Shown one piece after another: positions 20,617-30,960 of a stretch of DNA of 64,000 nucleotides (position 1 is the stretch's first letter; each line of letters opens with the position of its first letter). The position numbers were made by a program, and so were the translations under genes. Under the pieces are notes generated by a model. That model was not told where the DNA came from. It made no database searches and worked only from the letters and a program-made list of their open reading frames with translations. Source of the stretch: an uncultured Chloroflexia bacterium. Its GTDB lineage: Bacteria; Chloroflexota; Ktedonobacteria; Ktedonobacterales; Ktedonobacteraceae. Location: positions 195,863 to 259,862 of the forward strand of contig CAWKKX010000051.1 of assembly GCA_963850365.1 (NCBI GenBank), in the 5' to 3' direction.

Positions 20617-22371
20617 ATGAGTACAGAGCTTCGCAGGGCACGTGGCCGGCAAATGGTAATCTTTTTGCTGGTTTGTGGCTCTATGCTGCTGTTACTCGGC
20701 AAACTCTACTACTGGCAAGTGATCTCAGGTCCTATGCTTGCAGGTTGGGCAAATGCCGAACATATGCAGAATCTGACTGTCAATGCCCCTCGTGGGCGCA
20801 TCTATGATGCTCAGGGTCTTCTGCTGGCCGCGAATATTGTGCGCGATGATGTATACGTAGAGCCTGAGCAGATTGTGCTGGATTATCCCGATACCTTTGC
20901 AAGTGAGCGCGAAAAGTTGGTGCAGCAGTTGCACTCGGTGTTGCCCGCTATTGCAGAAGAGAAGCTTAGAAAGGCACTAAACTCCGATTTGCCAACCTAC
21001 CGCATAGCTATCTCTATTGATCCCGAACAGAGCAAGGCGCTACGCAATCTACACTTGCCGTATACATTCCTGGAGTCGCGAACCTGGCGCAGTTATCCCA
21101 CAGGCGAAACGACGGCGCAGATTCTTGGCTTTGTTCGTGATAATCAGGATGATGGATTGCCACAGGGTGTCTATGGACTGGAGCAAAAATATAATAAGCT
21201 CTTGTCCGGTCGGGCAGGTAGTCTTACAGCGGAGACCGATCTGAATGGCAACCCCTTAACCGTGGGACCCAACGATCTACACGATAAGGTGGATGGAGCC
21301 AATCTCTCGCTTACTATAGATAGCATTATTCAGTACCAGGCGCAGACCCAGTTGGAGGCGCTGGTCAAGAAATCGGGCGCACAAAGTGGAACAGTTGTTG
21401 TACTCAATGCTCGTACAGGTGCAGTTGTCGCCCTTGCGGGTGCCCCTACGTTCGATCCTAACCATTATGGTAGCTATGCGAACGATAAAGGGTGCCTGGG
21501 ACAATTAGAGGTCTATAGCAATCCAGCATTATATTGCGCTTATGAGCCTGGTTCGACGATGAAATCGATTACGATGGCCGCAGGGATTGATCAGCATGTG
21601 ATTACGCCGGATACTACTATTCAAGATCCTGGCTATCACGATTTTGCGGATGGTACACCGCGAGTAACAAACTGGAATTATCCCATCAGCAATGGTACTG
21701 AGACGATGACTCAGGTTCTAGAGCACTCAGCAAACGTTGGTGCTTCAATTGTGGCTCACGATTATTTGGGACCAGAGCGCTTCTATTCTTATCTGGATCG
21801 CTTCGGCTTCGGTCAATGTACTGGCCTGCTTAATCCTGAGTCATGCGGCGGTTATTCGAAACCGGGCGACGAGGGCTGGACACCCAGCGATCTGGCGCGT
21901 CAGTCCTTTGGCCAGACTATCCTGGTAACGCCGTTGCAGGTTGCCATGGCCTATCAGGCGCTTGCGAATAATGGGGTGATGATGCCTCCCTATATTGTAT
22001 CGGCAATTAGCGATAACAATCAGGTGACGCACATACAACCACAGGCTCCGCGCCAGGTCATCAGTGCACAGACGGCGAAATTGCTTACAGAGATGCTTGT
22101 TGCAAATGCAGATGTGAACAAAGAAGTATCGGTGCCAGGTTACAGTGTAGCAATGAAAACCGGCACAGGCACAACGCAAGGTATCTCGGCAAATCAGACT
22201 GAGGCTTCAATGGCCGGTTACTTGCCAGCATCTAATCCGCAGTTTGTGATCTTGACGAAAGTAGATAGGCCACAGAGCAATATATTTGGCGCGGTGACAG
22301 GTCCCTTATGGGGTTCTATTGCGCAACAACTGATGTGGCGTTATAGTATTCCACCTGACCGTGCGTCGTGA
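20617..22371 (+). CDS. ftsI: Class B penicillin-binding protein (FtsI-like)
   Basis: RGRIYD, YEPGSTMK (SxxK), SAN, KTG motifs. Confidence 0.9.
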   Translation: MSTELRRARGRQMVIFLLVCGSMLLLLGKLYYWQVISGPMLAGWANAEHMQNLTVNAPRGRIYDAQGLLLAANIVRDDVYVEPEQIVLDYPDTFASEREKLVQQLHSVLPAIAEEKLRKALNSDLPTYRIAISIDPEQSKALRNLHLPYTFLESRTWRSYPTGETTAQILGFVRDNQDDGLPQGVYGLEQKYNKLLSGRAGSLTAETDLNGNPLTVGPNDLHDKVDGANLSLTIDSIIQYQAQTQLEALVKKSGAQSGTVVVLNARTGAVVALAGAPTFDPNHYGSYANDKGCLGQLEVYSNPALYCAYEPGSTMKSITMAAGIDQHVITPDTTIQDPGYHDFADGTPRVTNWNYPISNGTETMTQVLEHSANVGASIVAHDYLGPERFYSYLDRFGFGQCTGLLNPESCGGYSKPGDEGWTPSDLARQSFGQTILVTPLQVAMAYQALANNGVMMPPYIVSAISDNNQVTHIQPQAPRQVISAQTAKLLTEMLVANADVNKEVSVPGYSVAMKTGTGTTQGISANQTEASMAGYLPASNPQFVILTKVDRPQSNIFGAVTGPLWGSIAQQLMWRYSIPPDRAS

Positions 22372-22478
22372 AATACTATACGCCATGTGTACAGCTAGAT
22401 AAATACTAACCATCGGATATATGGGGTTGTTAAGTGGTGAAATGGAGATGTGGAAAGTAGTAATTAAAAAGGTGTGAG

Positions 22479-22781
22479 ATGCAAAAAGATGATCAGGGGA
22501 AAGAAAAGGGAAAAATATCTAATGAGGATGAGTTGAGCGCAGTCTGGCGAGAATTATTGGGTGGTCCTCCTCCTGCAGGAAACGACCCTTCAGCTTCCAC
22601 TGAAATACCGACACTCAAAAGCGATCCATGGAGCTCGCTTGTACATGAAGACGGTATTAAAGTTGTTGATCTGCAAAAGAACCATTTGCGTATGAGCGAT
22701 GGTGATGTTGAGCAGATACTTCAACGCATGGAAGAGCAGCCGGTTCAAGAAGATGAATCTTCATCTTCTACACATCAGTGA
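22479..22781 (+). CDS. Hypothetical acidic protein inside the dcw cluster
   Basis: 100-aa ORF with plausible RBS (AAGGTGTGAG); no recognisable family. Confidence 0.6.
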   Translation: MQKDDQGKEKGKISNEDELSAVWRELLGGPPPAGNDPSASTEIPTLKSDPWSSLVHEDGIKVVDLQKNHLRMSDGDVEQILQRMEEQPVQEDESSSSTHQ

Positions 22782-22977
22782 TTGTGCGAACAATTCTATG
22801 TTCGTCTTGTCAGAAGTATACTAGAAAATATGTTCTATGTCAAGTCTATAGTTTTCAATATTTTTAAGTGAGTCGTGAAAGGTGTGGGGGACCAGCGAAA
22901 TGCAGAGGGAAGATCACATACATAAAACTCAAAAAAGTTAAGTGAATTACACTAAGAAGAGAAGAATGTAAGCTTTC

Positions 22978-24574
22978 ATGGCAAGAGACAAGCTTAAACG
23001 AGAAAACAATGAGAACGAGCAGCCAGTCAGGGGAACAAGGGGCGCACGGCGCAAACCTGCCTCCTCACCGCGCTTTCGCTCTCCTGCATTGGAACCGGCA
23101 GAACAGCAGCTATCTGGCTCGCTGAGAGAGAAGAATGCAGTGCGCTCACTTTTGCAGAAGCAAGTAGTGAATACAAGGCATTATCAGAAAATGAGCGCTG
23201 AGGGTGCGGTTGCCAGTTCTTTGCCGGTGCGTAAGAGTCTGCCACCTATGCGGAGCAGGGGATCGAAAGCTGGCATCCCGGAGACCCTGCTGGTTGGTGT
23301 AGTCGAGCCGTATTGGTAGTTTAACAAAGATCCAGGATACGGCGAGACCGCAAGCCGTCCCATTGCAGGTGATTAGTGAAGAGGAGCAGAAAAAGCTTGC
23401 CACATTAGAGATGCAATTGTCACGTGTGGCTGGCAAGGCTGATCCAATTTTGCTGGTGGTTATTCTGGCTTTGCTATGTATAGGTCTGGTGATGGTGTAT
23501 AGTGCAAGCTCATTCATTGCAGCCCGTTACTATGGTGATGTCTCATACTTTTTTGAAAAGCAGTTGATGGGAGCAGTGCTTGGTGTGGTAGTCATGGTGA
23601 TGACCATGCGTATCGATTATCGTGTCTGGCGGCGTTTCTCGCTAATTGGCATGGTGGTTGCACTATTGCTACTGATAGTTGTTTTAAAGTTTGGAACGAG
23701 CGCTTATGGAGCCTCGCGCTGGTTAGCTTTTGGCTCTTTCTTCTCGTTTCAACCAAGTGAGTTAATTAAGCTTGTGCTTGCTTTGTATATTGCCGATTGG
23801 CTGGCACGCAAGGGCAACCAGGTAGGAACGTTTCTCTATGGTCTGGCTCCTTTTGCGATCCTGATTGGCTTGATCCTGGGTTTGATTCTGCTTGAAAATG
23901 ATATGGGCACGGCCAGCGTGATTGCTGCATTGACGATGGCAATGTTTTTTACCGCTGGTGCAAATATCTGGCAGTTTATACTTACAATGAGCGGTGGCAT
24001 CCTTATATTCGTTATTCAAGCGTTTCAAGGCTATCGTTTGAAGCGCATGGTCGGTTTTGTTAACCCATTCAAACATACAACCGACCTGAATTTGCAGCTT
24101 TATCAATCGTTGCTGGCGCTTGGGTCAGGTGGTTGGTTGGGGCTAGGGCTGGGTGCGAGCCGCCAGAAAACTGGTTATCTGCCTTTGCCGTATATCGATT
24201 CGATCTTCGCAATTATTGGCGAAGAACTAGGCTATATTGGTTGTTTTATCGTCATTGTCCTGTTTATAATACTGGCTTTTCGAGGCTTTCGCCTTGCGCG
24301 TCGTACACAGGATGTCTATGGTGCTTTGCTGGCAACAGGAATTACAACCTGGCTGGTAGTGCAGGCTATGGTTAATATAGGCTCAACCGTTGGAGCTATC
24401 CCATATACGGGGGTACCGTTGCCCTTTATAAGCTTTGGTGGTACTTCATTGGTCATTTCTCTAGCGGCTGTCGGTGTATTGTTGAATATTTCTCGCTATA
24501 TTCGGGAGCCGGAAGATCCTGCTCTTTCTCGCGAAACTATTAGCAAAAAATTTAAGCGAAATGTAGCCAAATAA
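22978..24574 (+). CDS. ftsW: FtsW with long basic N-terminal extension (probable frameshift near 23305)
   Basis: GLVMVYSAS, QPSE, YQSLLALGSGG, D.IFAIIGEELG, TGVPLPFISFGG. The FtsW frame is open back to about 23304, where ORF 22978..23319 overlaps it. Confidence 0.88.
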
Positions 24575-24621
24575 GTATGTTCGTCTGGTGAGCATAGATT
24601 GTTTGGGATGGAATTACTATT

Positions 24622-25782
24622 ATGCGTATACTCGTATCGGGTGGAGGTACCGGGGGGCATATTTATCCAGCCCTCGCGGTCGCCACACAACTACAAAAAA
24701 TATATAAAGCGGAAATTCTCTACCTTGGTAGCGACGATGGTTTAGAGACCCAACTGGTACCAGCAGCAGGTTTCCGTATGGCAACTATTCAGGCTGGCAA
24801 GCTGCAGCGCTATGTTTCCTGGCAGACGGTCAGGGGCATTGCGCGTGTACCAGTCGGTATGGTGCAAGCAATCGGTATTGTACGCGAATTCAGGCCCGAT
24901 GTAACGTTTACTAGTGGGGGCTATGTTGCAGTGCCAGCTGGTCTCGCGACAGCGCTGCAACGCGTACCACTGTTGTTGCATCAGCAAGATGTACCACCGA
25001 ATCTATCAAATAAACTGATTGCGCCGCTGGCGACACGTATCTCGATAGCCTTCGCAGACTCGCGGCGCTACTTTCCTGCTCGCAAGACGCTCTTACTGGG
25101 CAATCCTATTCGTCAGGAGATCCTTGATGTGCGTCAGGTTTCGGTGCAGCAGGCACGCACAACGCTGGGGCTTGATCCGTCCTTACCGCTGCTGCTGGTC
25201 ACAGGAGGTAGCCAGGGGGCACGTCACTTGAACCAGGTCGTTGTGCAGGCGCTACCGGAATTGCTCAAGTTTTGTCAGGTATTGCAGATTAGTGGTCAGA
25301 AGCTGTTCGACGAAACTCGTGCGCTCGCTGATGGCATTTTGAAGGAGCTGGACGATGAGACAAAACAGCGTTATCGCCTGGTACCGTATCTGTCGGATGA
25401 CATGCCCATGGCCCTTCAGGCGGCTGAACTTGTGATCTGTCGTGCCGGAGCGGCAACCCTGAGTGAGCTTGCCATCCTGGGCAAACCGAGCATATTGGTG
25501 CCGTTACCGCCTGCGCTTGGCATCTCGCCGCAGGAGATCAACGCAGACACTTTTGGTAATGCTCATGCCGCTCATGTAATTCGCAATATCGATCTGAAAC
25601 TTAAATTATTAATTGATCGTGTACAGTATATAATCACTTCACCTGCTCAATTAATCGTAATGACTGATGCACTCAAAAGCTTTGCCAGGCCACAGGCCAC
25701 GCAGAAAATTGTTGAAACAATTGTAAGATTAGCAAATAAAACGCCGCTGGCTACTCTAGAGTACGAGGGGATAAACGTTTGA
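24622..25782 (+). CDS. murG: MurG glycosyltransferase
   Basis: GGGTGGHIYPALA, GGYV, GNPIR, GGSQGA, RAGAATLSE. Confidence 0.96.
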   Translation: MRILVSGGGTGGHIYPALAVATQLQKIYKAEILYLGSDDGLETQLVPAAGFRMATIQAGKLQRYVSWQTVRGIARVPVGMVQAIGIVREFRPDVTFTSGGYVAVPAGLATALQRVPLLLHQQDVPPNLSNKLIAPLATRISIAFADSRRYFPARKTLLLGNPIRQEILDVRQVSVQQARTTLGLDPSLPLLLVTGGSQGARHLNQVVVQALPELLKFCQVLQISGQKLFDETRALADGILKELDDETKQRYRLVPYLSDDMPMALQAAELVICRAGAATLSELAILGKPSILVPLPPALGISPQEINADTFGNAHAAHVIRNIDLKLKLLIDRVQYIITSPAQLIVMTDALKSFARPQATQKIVETIVRLANKTPLATLEYEGINV

Positions 25783-27269
25783 AAAAGTCGCGCTTGCATT
25801 TTATGGGTATCGGAGGGCAGGGCATATCTGCGGTGGCGCAGATGGCTCATGCGGCGGGTGAGATCGTCACGGGTTGTGATCAACGTGCATCAGCGACTGT
25901 GCGTGCTTTAGAGCAAGCTGGAATTGTTGTCTCGATTGGTCATAGTGGGGATCATCTTGATGGGATTGACAAGCTGGTGATCAGCCCTGCTGTCTCTGCA
26001 CTAGATGTACACAACCCGGAGTTGCTGGCAGCGCAGCGGAGTGGTTTGCAGGTTATTACCTGGCAAGAAATGCTAGGTGAGTTGATGCGCGGCAAATGTG
26101 TTCTGTCGGTAAGTGGTGTGCATGGCAAAGGCACGACAACAGCGATGCTCTCACTGATGCTGGTTGATGGCGGGCTTGACCCAACCTGCGAAATTGGTGC
26201 AGTCGTGCCCCGTTTCGGAGCGAATTATCGTACCGGTCAGAGCGATTACTTTGTCAATGAGGCCGACGAGTTCAATCATAATTTTTGGCACTACCATCCG
26301 CGCCTGGTAATCGTGACTTCAATCGAGTTCGAGCATCCAGAATTCTTTGCCGATTATGATGCTTTTCTCAATGCATTTGTGCATTTTATACGTGGCATGG
26401 ATGTGTTGGGCAATTGGGAGTTGCCAACGACTTTGATCCTGAATGCGGATAGCCCTGGTTGCCTGGATCTGCGCAATCGGCTGCATGACTGGCCTGGTCG
26501 TATCCTGACCTATTCGCTGGCGGGTCAATCAATTATGCCAGAGCAAGCGAACGTTGAGGCTTTTGCTATCAAGCTGGATGGTGAGACAAGCTTCCGGGTG
26601 CGCATAAACGAGGATACAGCCTTTCCAGAGGGCCTTGAGATACATTTGCCGTTGCCGGGAGCATACAACATACAGAATGCCCTGGCGGCCCTTACAGCCG
26701 CTTATCTGGTTGGTGTAGATGCGCTGACTATTGCTAGTTCGCTGGCAAGCTTTACGGGGACGCGCAGGCGTTTCGAAATACGTCTGCAAGGACCATTGCT
26801 GGTTGCTGGTAACGTGTTGGATGTCATGCTGGTTGATGACTACGCGCATCATCCTACGGCTATCGCAGCAACGTTAGAGGCGGCACGCCGTCGCTATCCA
26901 GGTTGGCGTATCGTTGCGGTCTATCAGCCGCATATGTATAGCCGGACAAAGACCTTTTTCGCGCAGTTCTTGCACGCGTTTGATACGGCTGATGTGGTCA
27001 TCATTGCCGATATCTTTCCGGCACGTGAGCAAGATACAGGTCTCATTCATGCGCGTGATCTGGTGGAAGCTGTAGCTCGACTGCCGGCCTTTTTAGCTGG
27101 CGAGGCGCAGGTTATCCATGGTGGTAATGTTGCAGAGACTGCTGAGGTGCTACGTAGTATCCTACGTTCGCATGATATGGCGATAATCATGGGGGCGGGC
27201 GATATTTACACTGTTACTGAGACCCTTTTGCGTGAAGCTGATGAAGCTAGCAAAATGAACCGGTTATAG
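25779..27269 (+). CDS. murC: UDP-N-acetylmuramate-L-alanine ligase
   Basis: GIGGQGIS, GVHGKGTTT, EADE, DDYAHHP, QPH.YSRT, MGAGDI. Confidence 0.94.
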   Translation: MKKSRLHFMGIGGQGISAVAQMAHAAGEIVTGCDQRASATVRALEQAGIVVSIGHSGDHLDGIDKLVISPAVSALDVHNPELLAAQRSGLQVITWQEMLGELMRGKCVLSVSGVHGKGTTTAMLSLMLVDGGLDPTCEIGAVVPRFGANYRTGQSDYFVNEADEFNHNFWHYHPRLVIVTSIEFEHPEFFADYDAFLNAFVHFIRGMDVLGNWELPTTLILNADSPGCLDLRNRLHDWPGRILTYSLAGQSIMPEQANVEAFAIKLDGETSFRVRINEDTAFPEGLEIHLPLPGAYNIQNALAALTAAYLVGVDALTIASSLASFTGTRRRFEIRLQGPLLVAGNVLDVMLVDDYAHHPTAIAATLEAARRRYPGWRIVAVYQPHMYSRTKTFFAQFLHAFDTADVVIIADIFPAREQDTGLIHARDLVEAVARLPAFLAGEAQVIHGGNVAETAEVLRSILRSHDMAIIMGAGDIYTVTETLLREADEASKMNRL

Positions 27270-27280
27270 AGGGAACAGAG

Positions 27281-28291
27281 ATGACATTTAAGGCTGAGAC
27301 CACTTATACAGAGCTACACGCGCACTTTGGTGCACGCGTTCGACGCAACGAGTTATTGGCGCGTCATTGTACCTTTGGTGTGGGTGGCCCGGCTGATGTA
27401 TGGGTCTCAGTCGATACGCAAGAGAATTTCATGGGCCTGGTGACTATTTGTGCTGAGGGACGCTGGCCTTTGCTCATCGCGGGCAATGGAACGAATGTGC
27501 TCTATGCAGATGCTGGAGTACGGGGCGTCGTAGCTCATATAGCCATCAATGCCTACAAACTTGAAGATTACGGTGATGGTACGGCATTGTTAGAGGTTGG
27601 GGCAGGTATGAGCTGGCCGCGTATCATCAATGAGCTGGCCCCTCAGGGTTGGGGGGGGTTAGAATTTGGTCCTGGGATACCTGGGACGCTGGGGGGAGGG
27701 GTAATCAGTAATGCAGGTGTTCATGGACATGATCTGGGGCAGGTATTAGAGTGGGTGGACGTCGTGGATGCACGGCAATGTAGTGAGCGTCCCGTTGCGC
27801 CGCTCCTCGTCCGTTATCGGCACGCTGAGCTTGCATTGGATTATCGGCACAGTCGTTTTCGCGCCCAGCGCCGTGTTCAGTTTGGTGAACAAGGCTATCC
27901 TATTGCGGCGGCGCGTGCATTGATCGAGCCAGCCGAAATCATCGTGCAACTGGGCATCCGCCTGCAGCGTGCTGAGCCAGAGAAACTACGTACAACTATT
28001 GATGAACATAAACAATATCGTAAGCGAACACAGCCCCCTCAGCAAAGCGCGGGTTCCGTCTTTAAGAATCCGCCGGGGGATTATGCGGGTCGGCTCATCG
28101 AAGCTGTTGGGCTGAAAGGGATGGTGTCGGGGGGGGCGCAAATCTCGGAACGTCATGCCAATTTTATTGTTAATGTAGGTGGAGCAAGTGCAGCTGATGT
28201 TGCGGCACTGATCAGGGAAGCACACGACCGCGTATACGAACGGTTTGGGGTGGACCTGGAATTGGAAGTCGAACTGCGCGGGGAGTGGTAG
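27281..28291 (+). CDS. murB: UDP-N-acetylenolpyruvoylglucosamine reductase
   Basis: GGPA, GIPGTLGG, SAGSVFKNP, HANFIVN. Confidence 0.95.
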   Translation: MTFKAETTYTELHAHFGARVRRNELLARHCTFGVGGPADVWVSVDTQENFMGLVTICAEGRWPLLIAGNGTNVLYADAGVRGVVAHIAINAYKLEDYGDGTALLEVGAGMSWPRIINELAPQGWGGLEFGPGIPGTLGGGVISNAGVHGHDLGQVLEWVDVVDARQCSERPVAPLLVRYRHAELALDYRHSRFRAQRRVQFGEQGYPIAAARALIEPAEIIVQLGIRLQRAEPEKLRTTIDEHKQYRKRTQPPQQSAGSVFKNPPGDYAGRLIEAVGLKGMVSGGAQISERHANFIVNVGGASAADVAALIREAHDRVYERFGVDLELEVELRGEW

Positions 28292-28302
28292 GTGATAATG
28301 AC

Positions 28303-29478
28303 ATGACAGAAAAAAAACCATCAGAACAAAAAGCAGCACAAAACTATAGAGCGGATATGGGGTATCGCTCACTGCATCAGGAAGGAACAAGAGGGCCAGA
28401 GCGTGAGCCTTCGGCAGCATCTTACACACTGGGGCGTGTCGTCAGGGTGCCGGATGTCGCAGATCCATCAAGGGCGTGGCAATCGTTTGAACGACGGCAG
28501 CAAGAGTTGCGTCGTGGCCGAGCGCGTTCTTCCAGGCACAGTGAAGCGGTCTCACGTACATTGGCACAGACGGGGATGAGAGCATCGAGTGGACGCATTC
28601 CGGCGGTGCGCCGTCCACTTCCTTACAACTCCTCTCCTGTGCCAATGCGCAGTGGCCGTAATCGTGGACGACGTAGTTTTTTCGGACGCTTGTTTGGCGT
28701 GTTGGCCTTTGGAGTGTTGCTCGTCTTGACCGTCAATTTTGTATTGAGCAGTAATACTTTTCGCCTGGAGCAAGTCAAAGTTGTAGGTACACACAATAGT
28801 GCTTTAATCTATAAGATTCAAAGCATGGACATGCAAGGCAAAAATATATTTTTGCTCAATGCACAGGAGATGGTTTCACGTATCGAAGCTTCTCCACTCG
28901 TTTCTTCAGTTGAATTAGACAGGCAATTGCCTGATCAGCTGACCGTAACAGTGGTAGAACGGAAACCTGTATTGTTGTGGCAGACGCAGCAAGGTACGTT
29001 CAGCGTTGATCGTACCGGCATGGTTGTTGCTTCTGCCTCCGAAACACCGGGAGCAGACCAGCTGGGGACGGTAGTAGATACTACAAATATGGACAAAGGC
29101 GTCCAGGAAGCCACTGCTGCTTTACCTGCCCTGCACCCCGGTTCATCCTTAAAACAAGTAGATGTTGCATTTGCGGTGGACGCCTTGCACCGCATCCCTA
29201 AAGTGACGGGTATCAATGCGTTCAAGCTGTATTACGATGGTACAATGTATGCTAGTACAACCGAGCGAGCTAGCGAGGGGCCATATAGTAGAGGTTCATA
29301 TATTATTGAAAGTTCAGATGGTTGGAAGGCCATCGTGGGAAATTCCTACGATGCCAATCCACTGAATAATCGACTACTTGAATTGCGTGCTTTACTTAAG
29401 CTCGCAGGGGAACAGCGACTAAATATTGGCACAATAGACTTACGGTACGGTCTGCGACCGGTGTTTACATTGCAATAG
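28303..29478 (+). CDS. ftsQ: FtsQ/DivIB with long Arg-rich N-terminus
   Basis: TM, POTRA domain (LPDQLTVTVVERKP), C-terminal IDLRY. Confidence 0.85.
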   Translation: MTEKKPSEQKAAQNYRADMGYRSLHQEGTRGPEREPSAASYTLGRVVRVPDVADPSRAWQSFERRQQELRRGRARSSRHSEAVSRTLAQTGMRASSGRIPAVRRPLPYNSSPVPMRSGRNRGRRSFFGRLFGVLAFGVLLVLTVNFVLSSNTFRLEQVKVVGTHNSALIYKIQSMDMQGKNIFLLNAQEMVSRIEASPLVSSVELDRQLPDQLTVTVVERKPVLLWQTQQGTFSVDRTGMVVASASETPGADQLGTVVDTTNMDKGVQEATAALPALHPGSSLKQVDVAFAVDALHRIPKVTGINAFKLYYDGTMYASTTERASEGPYSRGSYIIESSDGWKAIVGNSYDANPLNNRLLELRALLKLAGEQRLNIGTIDLRYGLRPVFTLQ

Positions 29479-29578
29479 TAAAAGCGAAAAAAGTATCTAT
29501 GCCAGGTCTCAAAATTTGTAATTTATTATATTGGATTTGTAATGCGTCTCACAAGTGTACCGCCCGATAGGAGCGTAT

Positions 29579-30817
29579 ATGGTGCAAGAGCGGGTGATCG
29601 TCGGTATCGACGTCGGAACAACAAAAATCTGTGTCCTCGTCGGTGAACTAGACCGTGACGGGAAGCTGAATATTGTTGGCGTTGGCACCTGCCCTTCACA
29701 GGGTTTGCGCCGTGGGGTGGTGGTGAACATTGAAGAGACCGTCACTTCAATTGCAGCGGCGCTGGATCGTGCTGAACGTTTATCTGGTAAAAGAATTACC
29801 TCAGCAACTGTTGGTATAGTTGGTAGCCATATCGCATCTGAGAATAGCAAGGGTTTTGTAGCGATCTCACCAAGCCATCGTGATATCGAACCAAACGATA
29901 TCAGCCGCGCTGTTGAGGTTGCACGCGCTATTGCTATACCGGCCAATCGAGAGATGATCCATGTCATCCCTCGTAGCTATGTTGTTGATGGACAGGAGGG
30001 CATCAAAAACCCTATTGGTATGTCGGGTTTCCGCCTGGAAGTGGAGGCGCATATCATCACGGGTTCGGTATCCTCAATGCATAATTTAATTAAATGTGTA
30101 CAGAAGGCTCATGTAGATATTGAAGACCTCGTGTTGGAGCCGCTAGCTTCCGGCTATGCTGTGTTGGAGGATGGAGAGACGGATCTGGGTGTCGCCCTGG
30201 TAGATATCGGTGGTGGCACGACTGATATCGCTGTCTATACCGATGGGGCTATCTGGCATAGTGTGGTGTTGCCGGTTGGTGGTAATCTCATTACAAGCGA
30301 TATTGCAATCGGTTTACGTTTGCCGGTTGGTGTGGCAGAAGAACTCAAGATCATGTATGGGCATTGCGATTATGCAGCCATTGATGATGATGATATGATA
30401 GACCTGTCACAATTTATGCCCGACTGTGACGATCTGGTCCCACGTAAATTGTTGGCAGAGATTATCCAGGCGCGTGTCGATGAGATATTCACTATGGTGC
30501 ATGAGGAACTCAAGAAGTCTGGCTATGACGGCTTATTGCCAGCCGGTATTGTGATTACGGGAGGAACAGCTGAACTGCCAGGAATTCTGGAAATGGCCGG
30601 CCAAATTCTCGATCTTCCTGCGCGGATTGGCTCTCCACTCGGTTTACATGGTCTTGCAGATTCGATCAACCGACCTGCGTATGCAACAGCGGTAGGCCTG
30701 CTGCTGTGGGCTTTAGATCACAATTCTCATATCTCTGAAGAAGAGTATGAGGAGGATGCCGAGGATAATACTATTGTTGCTCGCTTTGGTCGTTGGTTGC
30801 GTGCTTTTATTCCTTAA
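29579..30817 (+). CDS. ftsA: Cell division protein FtsA
   Basis: GIDVGTTKI, DIGGGTTD, GIVITGG, YATAVGLL. Confidence 0.96.
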   Translation: MVQERVIVGIDVGTTKICVLVGELDRDGKLNIVGVGTCPSQGLRRGVVVNIEETVTSIAAALDRAERLSGKRITSATVGIVGSHIASENSKGFVAISPSHRDIEPNDISRAVEVARAIAIPANREMIHVIPRSYVVDGQEGIKNPIGMSGFRLEVEAHIITGSVSSMHNLIKCVQKAHVDIEDLVLEPLASGYAVLEDGETDLGVALVDIGGGTTDIAVYTDGAIWHSVVLPVGGNLITSDIAIGLRLPVGVAEELKIMYGHCDYAAIDDDDMIDLSQFMPDCDDLVPRKLLAEIIQARVDEIFTMVHEELKKSGYDGLLPAGIVITGGTAELPGILEMAGQILDLPARIGSPLGLHGLADSINRPAYATAVGLLLWALDHNSHISEEEYEEDAEDNTIVARFGRWLRAFIP

Positions 30818-30960
30818 TCATGGTTACTCATTTATTAGGAAGACAATACATCTAGGAGGACAAACAAGGCCGGCCATTTCTATTCGTTGTAATGATAAAT
30901 ATTGTTTTTTTCAATGTTGTTCTTTCTATAAATGAGAAACCCTAAAAGGAGGCCACGAAA

